The notes under the pieces: model-generated
What the model saw: the letters and a program-made list of their open reading frames with translations, nothing else
Database searches by the model: none
What the model was told of the DNA's origin: nothing
NCBI GenBank assembly: GCA_964014485.1
Contig: CAXHAT010000004.1
Location: 1 to 64,000 of the forward strand
DNA: 64,000 bases
From: an uncultured Deferribacteres bacterium
GTDB lineage: Bacteria > Zhuqueibacterota > Zhuqueibacteria > Zhuqueibacterales > Geothermadaptataceae
Direction: 5' to 3'
Translations under genes and position numbers: made by a program
Shown here: one piece after another, positions 28,101-36,670 of the stretch
Position numbering within the stretch: the stretch's first letter is position 1
Layout: every line of letters begins with the position of its first letter

Positions 28101-28248
28101 CATTTTTAAGGACATGGTCGGAGGCTTTGGCTGGGGCTTGCGAACACCGTTCCTGATCGGGCTTTTGCGCATCGACCAGGCTTGGCGAGTTGACCAAGAC
28201 GGCATTGGCGGATCGCGTTGGTATTTCTCATTCGGTGTTGATTTCTAA
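25150..28248 (+). CDS. Omp85/BamA-TamA family protein with N-terminal zincin domain and PD40/TolB-like propeller
   Basis: Signal peptide after GGAGG RBS, HEMTH plus WFVEG, repeated WSPDG/WSPNG, PVRG lid motif, terminal Phe. Confidence 0.85.
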   Translation: MKRLFLSTIVALLLMNASVFAQRYGQNKVQYKKQTWNYIQSEHFDLYFYEGGDYIAEMSAAMAESSYTHLSKSFNYRLRDRISLILYNSHNDFEETNLSFQIQNEATGGFTEFLKNRVVLPYEGSLEQLRHVIHHEMTHAVMLQFFFGTGPGAIINGISRLQLPLWFVEGSAQYESLYGIDTKVDQQVRDAVLNNYLPPIQALQFMAYSAGPMVFYYIEQRYGKGKITELYSAVKSTRSVNRGFQKALGQDLEGFYKKWSKWLRENYWPEVKLHDEPEEIATQLTDHEKTKNYINNAPALSPKGDMLAFLSDKGGFFDIYLMSTLDKRVVAKLVSGQRTAAVEELKFLRPGISWSPDSKNIVFAAKASRSDVLHIVEVRKSKIRRTLRFDQLDGVFSPSWSPNGDDIAFVGMINGRSDLYNYNLKTDELTHLTNDQFTDLEPDWSPDGKKIAFTSDRGSYLNPNTPEMDIMSHHFANTDVYVYDLETKSITRVTDDLSLEKSPAWFQGTNTLLYVSDKNGIFNIYTQDLTTGNESFLTNLISGANQLSVARDTKRLAFASFYKGGYDIFLWKNPMETIDTPDTLRLTEFIKAKQPYSSDAPEEESVFAASSEDNETGRPYRHYVFGKEFAEGRFNARSDSSIALSPTDFKTATGGFKKRKYTPKFSVDYAGAIGGYDTFFGVQGATQLILSDLLSNHQFMISANIIRSIANSDMTVAYANLARRMDFSVAAYHTANFFQALRNITFPDGSVQRRATIERFRNYGIGGSISYPFNRYKRVDLGANWFNIREDELLYNEPSTTTSTVLLTAGYNFDNAAWAYTGPFDGKRNFLGITASPKLGNNGLGFVTLNGDFRKYKMLNREYSISFRLAGGASFGPNPTSFLLGGVSSWINYQFADSIDFEDIRNFYFSQFVTPVRGADYYEQTGSRYFVANMEFKFPLVQYFIARFPLPLFFSNIRGAAFFDVGSAWNGANFDPFDIRDGRFIFKDMVGGFGWGLRTPFLIGLLRIDQAWRVDQDGIGGSRWYFSFGVDF

Positions 28249-28341
28249 CGCTCGCTGAAAATTTCCTTTTTAAATTGTGGCGAAGTTTTTAAATGAAAGT
28301 TCTTCCGCTCAAGAACGACATTTGAGGATTTCGCCATTTTT

Positions 28342-29997
28342 ATGCGCAATACAATCTCAACAAAAGTGCGTCGCCTCTTGCCATTTTTCAAGGCGCCGCT
28401 TTTTTCCGCTTCACTATTCGCTCTATCTTTCTCCTGTTCTCCTCCGGCAGAAACAACTTACACTTTTCTTGCTCCTTCGCCAAGTCCTGTTAAGAAGCTG
28501 CTCGGCGCTTCTCTACCTTCATGCCCGCGAGACAAGAGCCTTAAAGTCGCGGCGATATTTTTCAAGCCAGAAAACGACGAATTTGAGCTTGGGCAAGTGA
28601 CTAAAAACGGTTGGCCGCATACAGAGAGCGCACCGCTCTGGAAGGACGATCTTCTCATCGAACGGCGGTTCAATCCGCAAACATACGCTAAATCACTTTC
28701 ACAAAATCCAGAAAGCTTGACGGCCTTTTTTCACCAAATGTCCGGCGGCAGACTCTGGCTCTACGGGGACGCTTACACTTACGACGGTCCGCCCTTACGA
28801 AAAGCAAACGCTCGGGATGCACGCGCTCGCGAGCGAACATGGCGCGAAAACAACACGCGAATTTTGCAATGGTTCGCCGACAGGTATAATCACAAATCTT
28901 ACGATAATGACGGTAACGGCGCCGTCGATCTTATCATTCTTGTTTGCCGCAGCCGGCCCGACTTCGGCTATCAAGGCATTGCCAAACTGCCAATCAACGC
29001 TGTCCGTGTCAAAAACGACGAGCCGCGAATCGTTGGTTCGAGCGGCGTTTACCAGAAAGGCTGCTACAATTTTCACGAGTCGCGCTCGCTCATCGCCCAC
29101 GAAATTGGGCACAAGCTTGGCCTTCCCCACGATAACGGTCTGCACAGCTTCAATCTGATGTCCGGCCTCGGCCCCAAAGCGCCACGCAGTTCCGGCTCCG
29201 CCATGAGCGCTTTTGAAAAAAATCGATTGAGCTGGCTAGAATATTCTGAAATTCACAGCGACACGCAAAATGTCCGACTGGGAAATTTGACCCAAACGAA
29301 CAAAGCTTTCAAAATCCCGGTCGCAGGGTCACGCGATTATTTCGTAATTGAGGACAGGCGATTCAGCCGACCGTTTGAACCGCGCCCCGGCGGAGACGTT
29401 TTTTTCGGCAAAACCCTGCCAGGAGAAGGTCTGCTCATCTATCTCGTTCAAAATCGTAAACCGCACATTCTCCCGGCTGACGGAAAGGTTGCAACCAACA
29501 TCGGCGGCGACAAAAAATATTATCACGGCGACGCTTCAGACTTGTACGGGGTCGAGAGTGACGCAAAATCCGTCCTTCTCGCCTACCCCAAAACCGTGCG
29601 CCAGCGCCCGGGGTTTCAAACTTCAATTCTGGTCGAAAACATTCGTCGCGAAAAACACGAGACGGTTTTTGATATTCGTTTCGGAGTTACACTTCCGCAA
29701 AAAATCGAAAAGCCCGCATCGACGCGAAGAATCGTTTCAGTCACGCACGCCCCTGATCCATTTACATGGAAAACATGGATTCGCTACAACCTGCCTCAAG
29801 CCGCTCACGTGCGGTTGACAGTTTACGACGAACGTGGAAAGCTGGTCAAAAAACTGGTGGATCAATTTCAAAATGCGTGGGATTACGAGGTGGAATTCGA
29901 CGGCTACAGCCTGAACTCCGGGCGTTATCGTTACGTCTTTGAAGCGCTGGGCGAAAAGCAGCAAGGTTGGATGACTTTCAAAAGCGCATTAAGGTAG
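28342..29997 (+). CDS. M6/immune inhibitor A-like zinc metalloprotease with FlgD-Ig/T9SS-CTD-like C-terminus
   Basis: HEIGHKLGLPH, LMSG Met-turn, YFVIEDR, GLLIY, PDPF..IRYNLP..LTVYD..G tail. Possible lipobox SFSC. Confidence 0.75.
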   Translation: MRNTISTKVRRLLPFFKAPLFSASLFALSFSCSPPAETTYTFLAPSPSPVKKLLGASLPSCPRDKSLKVAAIFFKPENDEFELGQVTKNGWPHTESAPLWKDDLLIERRFNPQTYAKSLSQNPESLTAFFHQMSGGRLWLYGDAYTYDGPPLRKANARDARARERTWRENNTRILQWFADRYNHKSYDNDGNGAVDLIILVCRSRPDFGYQGIAKLPINAVRVKNDEPRIVGSSGVYQKGCYNFHESRSLIAHEIGHKLGLPHDNGLHSFNLMSGLGPKAPRSSGSAMSAFEKNRLSWLEYSEIHSDTQNVRLGNLTQTNKAFKIPVAGSRDYFVIEDRRFSRPFEPRPGGDVFFGKTLPGEGLLIYLVQNRKPHILPADGKVATNIGGDKKYYHGDASDLYGVESDAKSVLLAYPKTVRQRPGFQTSILVENIRREKHETVFDIRFGVTLPQKIEKPASTRRIVSVTHAPDPFTWKTWIRYNLPQAAHVRLTVYDERGKLVKKLVDQFQNAWDYEVEFDGYSLNSGRYRYVFEALGEKQQGWMTFKSALR

Positions 29998-30004
29998 CAG
30001 ACTA

Positions 30005-31249
30005 TCATTGCGAACCGTTTGATAAGAGCAAAATATCCGCGCCTTGAAAATTGCCGAAATACAAGTCGAGCAATCCGTCACCGTTGAAATCCGCCGCTTC
30101 AATGTCAATGCCGCTGCCGGTCGCGCTGGTTGGTAAAAAATCGCCGGTTTTGCGAGAAAACACGCCGCTTCCGTTATTCAAAAAAACGTCATAATCGCCG
30201 CCGAAAGCGTTGGCCGCGATCAAGTCAAGGTCGCCGTCGGCGTCAATGTCGACAAAATCGCCGTCCGCCGTGTGAAACGTGCTAATGGGAAGGTTTGTCG
30301 AAGTAACGTCGCTGAAAAAACCGCGTCCGTCGTTGAGCAGTAAGCGGTTCTGCGGATTTTTGCCGGGGATGAACATAACGTTGGCGAAAAAAATGTCGAG
30401 ATCGCCGTCATTGTCAACGTCACCGAAATCCGCTTCGCGCGTTTCTTCCAAACCTGACTCCAAGGGCAGCCGGTCGCTGGTGGAATCGGCGAAAAAACCG
30501 CCGCCGGTATTGACGAGCAATCGGTTGTCGTCTTCATTGCCCACCAACAAATCCAAATCTCCGTCACCGTCTACATCACCCAGTTCCAAATCCTGCGTTG
30601 TGTCGCGACGCGAAGGCAGGCGCGCCGCAGTCTCATTGCTGAAATTTGCCGCGCCGTCGTTGAGTAGCAGAAAGTTTTGACCATTATTCCCGATCAATAA
30701 ATCGAAATCGCCGTCATCGTCGAGGTCAGCCGTCAGCACGGCGTTGGACGTGCCGGAAACGCCTAAACGCGAGGTTGCGTCGGTGAAGCGGCCTGAGCCG
30801 TCATTCAAATAAAACTCATTTGTGCGGTCGTCTTCACTGACAAAAATAACGTCGAGATCGTCATCGCCGTCAAAATCGGCAATGGCAATGTCTTCGGAAT
30901 CATGCACGGCTTGCGGCAATCGCCCGGACGCGCCGTTGCTGAATTTCCCCGTCCCGTCGTTGAGCAGCAATAAGTTGCCGCCAAATTCAACGGCGATAAT
31001 CAAGTCCAAATCGCCGTCTTTATCGACGTCCGCCGGCTTGGCGTCCATGCTATTGCCGCGCAATACGGAAAGCGGCAGATTTGCCGAGGAAACATTTCGA
31101 AACGGAAGATTATTTATCGGCGGGGGAATGATATTTTCATTGTCATTTGGCGGGTCGGGTTGTTTTGGGTCGGAAGAACAAGCGGCAAGAAAAAAGCATG
31201 GAAGAACGCAAAGTCTTATTTTTTTGAATAGCGAAAAATAATGCTTCAT
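30005..31249 (-). CDS. FG-GAP/VCBS repeat lipoprotein
   Basis: LAAC lipobox and seven D-x-D-x-D-G/D-D-L-D repeats. Confidence 0.85.
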   Translation of the reverse strand: MKHYFSLFKKIRLCVLPCFFLAACSSDPKQPDPPNDNENIIPPPINNLPFRNVSSANLPLSVLRGNSMDAKPADVDKDGDLDLIIAVEFGGNLLLLNDGTGKFSNGASGRLPQAVHDSEDIAIADFDGDDDLDVIFVSEDDRTNEFYLNDGSGRFTDATSRLGVSGTSNAVLTADLDDDGDFDLLIGNNGQNFLLLNDGAANFSNETAARLPSRRDTTQDLELGDVDGDGDLDLLVGNEDDNRLLVNTGGGFFADSTSDRLPLESGLEETREADFGDVDNDGDLDIFFANVMFIPGKNPQNRLLLNDGRGFFSDVTSTNLPISTFHTADGDFVDIDADGDLDLIAANAFGGDYDVFLNNGSGVFSRKTGDFLPTSATGSGIDIEAADFNGDGLLDLYFGNFQGADILLLSNGSQ

Positions 31250-31272
31250 AATCATCAAGATTGTTCAAATGC

Positions 31273-31803
31273 TCATGATCGCCCCCCTTTGTCAATTTTC
31301 TGCGCGATATAATTGTCACGTAAACGATAATACTCGCCAGCGGAAATTTTGATCCACTCCTGAGCGCCGCCTTCAAGCTTCTTCTTGATTTTCGCGGGCA
31401 CGCCGGCAACCAATGTGCTCCCCGGAATCCGTTCTCCTTCCTTGACCACGCTGCCAGCGCCAATCATCACTCTCTCCCCCACCTCAGCGCGCTCGAGCAC
31501 AACCGCGTTCATCCCAACAACAACATGAGCGCCGATTTCACAGCCTTCCAACGTCGCGCCATGCCCGATGGTGACGTTTTCGTGCAAAGTCGTGCTTCCC
31601 TTTGTCGGGACATGAATCGTAGCGTTGTCCTGCACATTCGATCCGGCGCCGATGCGGATCGGGCCGTCGTCACCGCGTATAACGGCGTTGAACCAGACAC
31701 TGCAGCCGTCTCCAAGCTCAACGTCGCCGATGATAACGGCCGTTGGCGCGATGAAAACGTTTTTACCAACTTTCGGTTTTTTGCCGTCAAAATCGATCAA
31801 CAT
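31273..31803 (-). CDS. Gamma-carbonic anhydrase-like hexapeptide protein (PaaY-like)
   Basis: Hexapeptide repeats, RGD, NVQDN..H and TIGH. Lies in a paa context. Confidence 0.85.
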   Translation of the reverse strand: MLIDFDGKKPKVGKNVFIAPTAVIIGDVELGDGCSVWFNAVIRGDDGPIRIGAGSNVQDNATIHVPTKGSTTLHENVTIGHGATLEGCEIGAHVVVGMNAVVLERAEVGERVMIGAGSVVKEGERIPGSTLVAGVPAKIKKKLEGGAQEWIKISAGEYYRLRDNYIAQKIDKGGRS

Positions 31804-32580
31804 TTATTCACCTCGAAATTCCGGGTTGCGCTTTTCCAGGAATGCGTCAACGCCCTCTTTGTGATCGCCGGTTTTGGTCAAAACGCTTTGCGCCAAACTC
31901 TCGATGACGAGACTCGAAGTTTGGTCTGTGTTCGTTGCAGCGTTCAAAACTCGTTTCGCCAAGCCGAGAGCCTGAGGCGCGCGCTTCATGAGTTTTTTTG
32001 CAAACGCCATGACTTCGTCCATTAATTTGTCCGCTTCAACAACGCGATTAATCAATCCCAATTGTTGTGCGCTTTGTGCGTCCAACATTTCCCCGGTAAA
32101 AATGATTTCTTTTGCTTTGCCAAGCCCAACAAGTCGGACTAACCGTGAGCATCCGCCGACAGCGGAAATCAGCCCAATATTTTGCTCGCGAAATCCCAGC
32201 TTGGCTTCAGTTGAAGCGATGCGGATATCGCACGCCAACGCGAGGCCTATGCCCGCCCCTGTCGCAGCGCCGTTCAGCGCGGCGATAACAGGTTTTTCCA
32301 GCGCTTCCAAATCATCAAAAAATTTGGTAATTTGGCGCAATTGCGCGCGGTATATTGGCGTGAGCAGCTTTTCGTCAAATTGTTTTACGTCTCCCCCGGC
32401 GGAAAATGCACGGCCAGCGCCAGTAAAAACCACGACGCGGATGTCGTTGTCGTAAAAAAGCCGGTCGGTCAGGCTGAACAACTCCGCGCGCATTTCCAGG
32501 CTCAAGGCGTTCAGAACTTCGGGGCGGTTCAGTTCAATAAGCGCAAGCCCGTCTGAAACTGAAAAATTTAGCGTTTTCAT
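31804..32580 (-). CDS. Enoyl-CoA hydratase/isomerase family protein
   Basis: NRPEVLNAL, FSAGGD, GAATGAG, ACDIRIA and AFLEKR. Confidence 0.9.
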   Translation of the reverse strand: MKTLNFSVSDGLALIELNRPEVLNALSLEMRAELFSLTDRLFYDNDIRVVVFTGAGRAFSAGGDVKQFDEKLLTPIYRAQLRQITKFFDDLEALEKPVIAALNGAATGAGIGLALACDIRIASTEAKLGFREQNIGLISAVGGCSRLVRLVGLGKAKEIIFTGEMLDAQSAQQLGLINRVVEADKLMDEVMAFAKKLMKRAPQALGLAKRVLNAATNTDQTSSLVIESLAQSVLTKTGDHKEGVDAFLEKRNPEFRGE

Positions 32581-32585
32581 ATTTT

Positions 32586-32861
32586 TCAGAAGAGTTCCGA
32601 GTGCGTTCCCATGCGAACAAAAATGATTTTTGTTTTTGTAATTTTATAAATTACCAGCAGATCGCCGGCAAGATGGAACTCGCGATATCCGCCCCATTCA
32701 AACGACAACTCGTGATCTTTGTAGCCAGGATCAAGCAAACGCCCTGCGGCAAGCTCATCAGCCAAATAAGCTATTTCTTCCGGGTCTACCAATTCCTTTT
32801 TTCTTGCAGCCCCAAAATCACGCTCAAACTTTTTCGTCGATACGATCTTTTTCAACTTCAC
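32586..32861 (-). CDS. yafQ: YafQ-family mRNA interferase toxin
   Basis: KDHEL, YREFHLAGDLLVIY and RMGTHSELF. Confidence 0.9.
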   Translation of the reverse strand: MKLKKIVSTKKFERDFGAARKKELVDPEEIAYLADELAAGRLLDPGYKDHELSFEWGGYREFHLAGDLLVIYKITKTKIIFVRMGTHSELF

Positions 32862-33114
32862 GTTCTAAATGTTCCACGAGTTCTTTTCCACTCTTAAAAG
32901 GCCCGGACAATCCTGCCTCCGCTTCAGTTTCCTCAATTGCTCGAAGGGTTTCGGCATTTGGAATCTTGACCGGAAAAGGCAAGCCTCCGTGAATGATAAT
33001 TTGTCGATAGAGCAGATTTATGACCTCCGACTCTTTCAACCCCAATTGCCGCATTATGGCAACCGCTTTCGCTTTTATTTCAGCATCAATTCTTTGATGC
33101 ACTACTGCTTTCAT
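32824..33114 (-). CDS. dinJ: DinJ/RelB-family antitoxin
   Basis: RIDAEIKAKA..LGL..INL..GGLPF..IPNAETLRAIEE. GGAG RBS before ATG 33114. Confidence 0.9.
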   Translation of the reverse strand: MKAVVHQRIDAEIKAKAVAIMRQLGLKESEVINLLYRQIIIHGGLPFPVKIPNAETLRAIEETEAEAGLSGPFKSGKELVEHLEREVEKDRIDEKV

Positions 33115-33150
33115 ATTTGATCTCCACCTGGTCAATCTGTCTTTCAACAC

Positions 33151-33198
33151 GTGGTGTAAAATACAACACAAAGTACGCACGAAAAAATCTACAGCCAA
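33151..33198 (-). promoter_or_regulatory. Sigma70-type promoter and operator palindrome of the TA module
   Basis: TTGGCT (33198-33193), 17 bp, TACTTT (33175-33170), then GTGTTGTA-TTT-TACACCAC (33169-33151). Confidence 0.6.
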
Positions 33199-33204
33199 GA
33201 ACAA

Positions 33205-33405
33205 TTACTTTTTGCGCACCGGCGGTTTGCTCGGTTTTTGCCATTTCACCGCTTCAAAAACGGTTCGACATTTTTGACAGTAGTATTGTGAGGTGAGTAA
33301 GTTTTGCCCAAATAGAGAAAAAAGTTCAACATCCGTTCCGGCGCAAAACGGACACTGGGGGAGCCCTCGGGATTTATCGTCGGCGTTTTTATTCGGCTGT
33401 GACAA
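33205..33405 (-). CDS. Stand-alone PaaD-type zinc-ribbon protein
   Basis: CPFC..ELFSLFG..YYCQKCRTVFEAVK resembles the PaaD C-terminal domain. Confidence 0.8.
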   Translation of the reverse strand: MSQPNKNADDKSRGLPQCPFCAGTDVELFSLFGQNLLTSQYYCQKCRTVFEAVKWQKPSKPPVRKK

Positions 33406-34150
33406 TTTCGCGACGCTCCGATTGCCAATTTTGCCAATCGATCGTCAAAGTTGGCTGTTCAAGTCCATTTTGCAGCAAAGTCTTTCGGACACTTTGCCGC
33501 CAGTCATCCGCACATTGCGCAGGAAATTTCGCCAAAATTCCGTTTTCAACCAACGGCGCAAAGGCTTGATCTGATTCCGGGCCAAACCAGGCTTCCGCGG
33601 CGCCCCAGGAACGTGACAGCGATTTTTGAAAAAATTCTTTCATTGCTGCATTTTCATGGGCCAGCCGCATGGCCCAGCCGTCAGCGAACATGCGATGGAA
33701 TTGCTCCTCCTGTAAAATCTTGGCGACGCGCTGCTTCAACGGCTTCAAGCTAGATTCTGAAGCCGTTTTGATCACCGTCGTCAAAGCATGATCCAACAAG
33801 AATAGTGTGGCGATCACGTCCGTCCAACGGGCAAATGAGTGCTCCAAAAACGAAGGGCTAAAATATTCCGTTCGGGACAAATCCGTTTCCGTGTTTAGCT
33901 CGGCGGGCGCTCCTGGAAGATCACGAATCATGGCAAACAAGCTGCGAGCGTGACCCAATTCTTCCTGCGTCAAATTCGCCGCCGCCACCGCCGCTTCCAT
34001 AGCCGGGGCCGCAGTCACCCACTCGGAAAGCCTGCGCCCCATCATGTGTTTTGTGTCGGCGAAGCACATGACGAACCGCACGAGAGCATCGGCGGCATCG
34101 CGATCCAATTCGTCGACGCTGTTGAATTTTATTTCTGTTGTCTCGCTCAT
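33389..34150 (-). CDS. paaC: Phenylacetyl-CoA epoxidase subunit C-like
   Basis: RLSEW..AP..E, EELGHAR and EEQFH..W. Ferritin-like PaaA/PaaC family. Confidence 0.8.
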   Translation of the reverse strand: MSETTEIKFNSVDELDRDAADALVRFVMCFADTKHMMGRRLSEWVTAAPAMEAAVAAANLTQEELGHARSLFAMIRDLPGAPAELNTETDLSRTEYFSPSFLEHSFARWTDVIATLFLLDHALTTVIKTASESSLKPLKQRVAKILQEEQFHRMFADGWAMRLAHENAAMKEFFQKSLSRSWGAAEAWFGPESDQAFAPLVENGILAKFPAQCADDWRQSVRKTLLQNGLEQPTLTIDWQNWQSERREIVTAE

Positions 34151-34341
34151 TTCTTTCGTCCTGACTCAACAATGTGCAACATTTCGGAGCGCGGAATAGA
34201 GATCATTTCCAGCCATTCCTTTTCACTAAATTGATTTAAAGCTTCCGTCTTCGCTTCAACAGCGCCCGGCGCTTTGATTGATGCGATCTTTTCAAGCGGT
34301 TGATCAAAAACTTTGCGTCCGAAAATCACAAATTTTTGCAT
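34147..34341 (-). CDS. Small PaaB-like protein (second, divergent copy)
   Basis: 64 aa from ATG 34341, translationally coupled. FGRK..QPLEKIASIKA..A..W.EMISIPR aligns with the adjacent PaaB-like protein. Confidence 0.65.
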   Translation of the reverse strand: MQKFVIFGRKVFDQPLEKIASIKAPGAVEAKTEALNQFSEKEWLEMISIPRSEMLHIVESGRKK

Positions 34342-34342
34342 T

Positions 34343-34555
34343 TTACTTGGTCTTAATGATGTTATGAATTTTATCACGCGGCACGATAAACATTTCGCTC
34401 CACGTCCATTCGTCATACAATTTGTAAGCGTACACTTTCGCCAATTCAATATCGGAAGCGATGACCGTCCCGATGTTACGCAACGGTTCGTTCTTTTTGA
34501 ATTTGGCAAAGACTTCGTACACGTCGCCGTCAGTTGTTTTTGTCGGAACGCTCAT
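34343..34555 (-). CDS. paaB: PaaB-like subunit
   Basis: YEVF..PLRNIGTVIASDIELA..A..Y..W..MFIVPR. ATGA overlap with the upstream gene. Confidence 0.75.
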   Translation of the reverse strand: MSVPTKTTDGDVYEVFAKFKKNEPLRNIGTVIASDIELAKVYAYKLYDEWTWSEMFIVPRDKIHNIIKTK

Positions 34556-34941
34556 GCAGCAACTCCCCAAACCGCGAGTTTCGCCGCGCCGGAAGGCGAC
34601 AATCGCTCGCTCGTCCACGGCGGATCCCAAACGATTTCAAGCTCAACGTCGTCGACGCCCGGCTCTTTCTTCAGCCGTTTTTTGACGTCAAAGAGCATCA
34701 TTTCCATGCACGGGCACCCCATCGAGGTGAACGTCATCTCGACTTTCGCAATGTTCGCGTGTTTCTCCACACCATAAATCAAGCCCATTTCGACAATGCT
34801 CATTGGAAATTCGGGGTCTTGCACTTCGTTGAGCGCGCGCCAGAGATTTTCGTTTTCGCGGTTTATTTCGCCGCTTGCTGAATCCACGCTTGCGCTTTCT
34901 TTCCCGCGTGTGAAAACGTCCGCTTTTTGCACACAAGCCAT
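34552..34941 (-). CDS. paaD: PaaD/DUF59 metal-cluster assembly domain protein
   Basis: VQDPEFPMSIVEMGLI, TSMGCP and WDPPWT. Lacks the zinc ribbon. Confidence 0.85.
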   Translation of the reverse strand: MACVQKADVFTRGKESASVDSASGEINRENENLWRALNEVQDPEFPMSIVEMGLIYGVEKHANIAKVEMTFTSMGCPCMEMMLFDVKKRLKKEPGVDDVELEIVWDPPWTSERLSPSGAAKLAVWGVAA

Positions 34942-35891
34942 CAGTTCACCTCAAAACTTGAGATCAGTTCCTTGCGTCCGCGCTGAACGGCTTCGACAAA
35001 TTCCTTGTTTTTCGGCCCGCGCGCTTTCCAGCGGATGAGTACATCGTCCCATGAAATAGCGCCTTCCTCAAACAGCCAACGTTTTTCATCGGAAATAAAT
35101 CGGCTGGGAAAAGGAAAATCCAGCACGTACTTTTTTTGTGAATTGTCATAGTGCGCGGGGACTTTCAAATCGAGTTCCTTGCAAAAAGGAATCGCCGTGC
35201 TCATCCAAATTTGGCGTAATTCGTCGTTGCTGGAGCCTTTAAAGCCGTAATCGATCTGAACTGTGTGTCTCTTCAAGTCGTCCGGCAGACCAAACCACTC
35301 CACGGTCAGCGGGAACATCCAATCGAGCGCTTTTTGGAGTTTTTCATGGCCGCCAGGCTGTTGGTTGATTTTGCGCATCCACATTTCGCCGTGCCTGAGA
35401 TGGAACGTCTCTTCTTTGTCAACTTTAGCCAAAGCGCGTTTCCACGGACCGAATTTGCCATGTTTGAATACATCGCCCAGCAAAACAAAACCAGCACGAT
35501 CATAAAATGCGTTGGCAACAACGAGTTCAATCCACGTATCCAGCGGTACATCGAAAGCATAGGGATACTTAAATTGTTCCGGACGGCGGCCATAAATGAG
35601 CTGATCCTTATTCACGCCCAAGTCCTCCAAAATTCGATACGCGATATGCGCATGCCCCAACTCGTCCTGAATAATGCTCATCGCCGAAACAAAGGCGTTC
35701 AGCGAAGGCGCGTCCTGGGCGGCGTGGTAATAGGCTGGCGCGCTGATCAATTCCGTATCCGCCGACACGGTCAAAATTCTCTTGATGCCCTCAAGATAAA
35801 CCGGGCTCATCTGCTCAATCGTTTCGACGAGCTTGCCGTCGCCAAGTCTCCCCTGCAACTCTTTTTCTGAAGTCAATTGGACATTTTCCAT
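34941..35891 (-). CDS. paaA: Phenylacetyl-CoA epoxidase catalytic subunit A-like
   Basis: Di-iron ligand motifs DTE, DELGH, YDR and EETFH, plus DELRQIW. Confidence 0.85.
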   Translation of the reverse strand: MENVQLTSEKELQGRLGDGKLVETIEQMSPVYLEGIKRILTVSADTELISAPAYYHAAQDAPSLNAFVSAMSIIQDELGHAHIAYRILEDLGVNKDQLIYGRRPEQFKYPYAFDVPLDTWIELVVANAFYDRAGFVLLGDVFKHGKFGPWKRALAKVDKEETFHLRHGEMWMRKINQQPGGHEKLQKALDWMFPLTVEWFGLPDDLKRHTVQIDYGFKGSSNDELRQIWMSTAIPFCKELDLKVPAHYDNSQKKYVLDFPFPSRFISDEKRWLFEEGAISWDDVLIRWKARGPKNKEFVEAVQRGRKELISSFEVN

Positions 35892-36214
35892 TATCTTTCG
35901 CCAGGGTTTTCTTTTCGTAGTTTTACAAAGCCGAGCGCATAATTCTTAAGCGCAACGGGTTCAACGGAATAAACTCTTGATTGAATAAGCCAATCAGCGA
36001 CAATTTCATGCAATCGGCACAGTTCTTTTACATTTCTCTGAGATTCCTGAGAGTCGATTGTCAACGGTATAATTTCCAAAACTCTCAACAAAGAACTTCT
36101 GCGATGTTTTTCATCACCTTCATTCTCAAAACGAATCGCCCGCGAAATCTCGCTGGCGATATTGCCCATTTGTTCCGGAAAAGAGAACTCGTTCCAACGA
36201 TCAGCGTTTACCAT
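35891..36214 (-). CDS. Small helical hypothetical protein
   Basis: 107-aa ORF coupled to both neighbours, with a W..FS..EQMGNIASEISRA motif. Confidence 0.7.
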   Translation of the reverse strand: MVNADRWNEFSFPEQMGNIASEISRAIRFENEGDEKHRRSSLLRVLEIIPLTIDSQESQRNVKELCRLHEIVADWLIQSRVYSVEPVALKNYALGFVKLRKENPGER

Positions 36215-36220
36215 AGTTTT

Positions 36221-36655
36221 TTACTTTTCCAGATAGTTTTTGAGCGTTTCCAATGCCATGGGCCATGCGTTTTTGACAGCCTCATAGTACCAATCCCAAT
36301 CTTCGCCTTTCTGGTAGCCGTCTTGTGTAACTTTCAATTCCGTGTAGTTGCTTTTTTGCGTTGTTTCGAGCGTCAAAGACATCGGGCCAAGAATGGGCTT
36401 TTCGGGATTGATGTAGACAAAGTCTCCGATCAACAATCGTTTTTCAGGCTTGTACACTTTCATAATTCCGGTCGAAACAAAACCGATGCCGTTTTCAGTA
36501 ATTTGCCATATCAGCGTGTACAGTCCGCCGGGCTTTAATTCAATCAGCTTCCGCTCAACGCCCCACCAGCCGTGCAGATGTTCAAGTTCCGTAAAAGCGG
36601 AAAAAACCGCCGCGGGGCTGGTGCGGATTGCGATTTTGGCTTCAACTTGTTGCAT
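36221..36655 (-). CDS. SRPBCC/AHSA1-like ligand-binding protein
   Basis: VFSAFT..L..WWG..LKPGG.Y and W..ALETLKNYLE. Confidence 0.85.
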   Translation of the reverse strand: MQQVEAKIAIRTSPAAVFSAFTELEHLHGWWGVERKLIELKPGGLYTLIWQITENGIGFVSTGIMKVYKPEKRLLIGDFVYINPEKPILGPMSLTLETTQKSNYTELKVTQDGYQKGEDWDWYYEAVKNAWPMALETLKNYLEK

Positions 36656-36670
36656 TCATAAAGCTGATTT

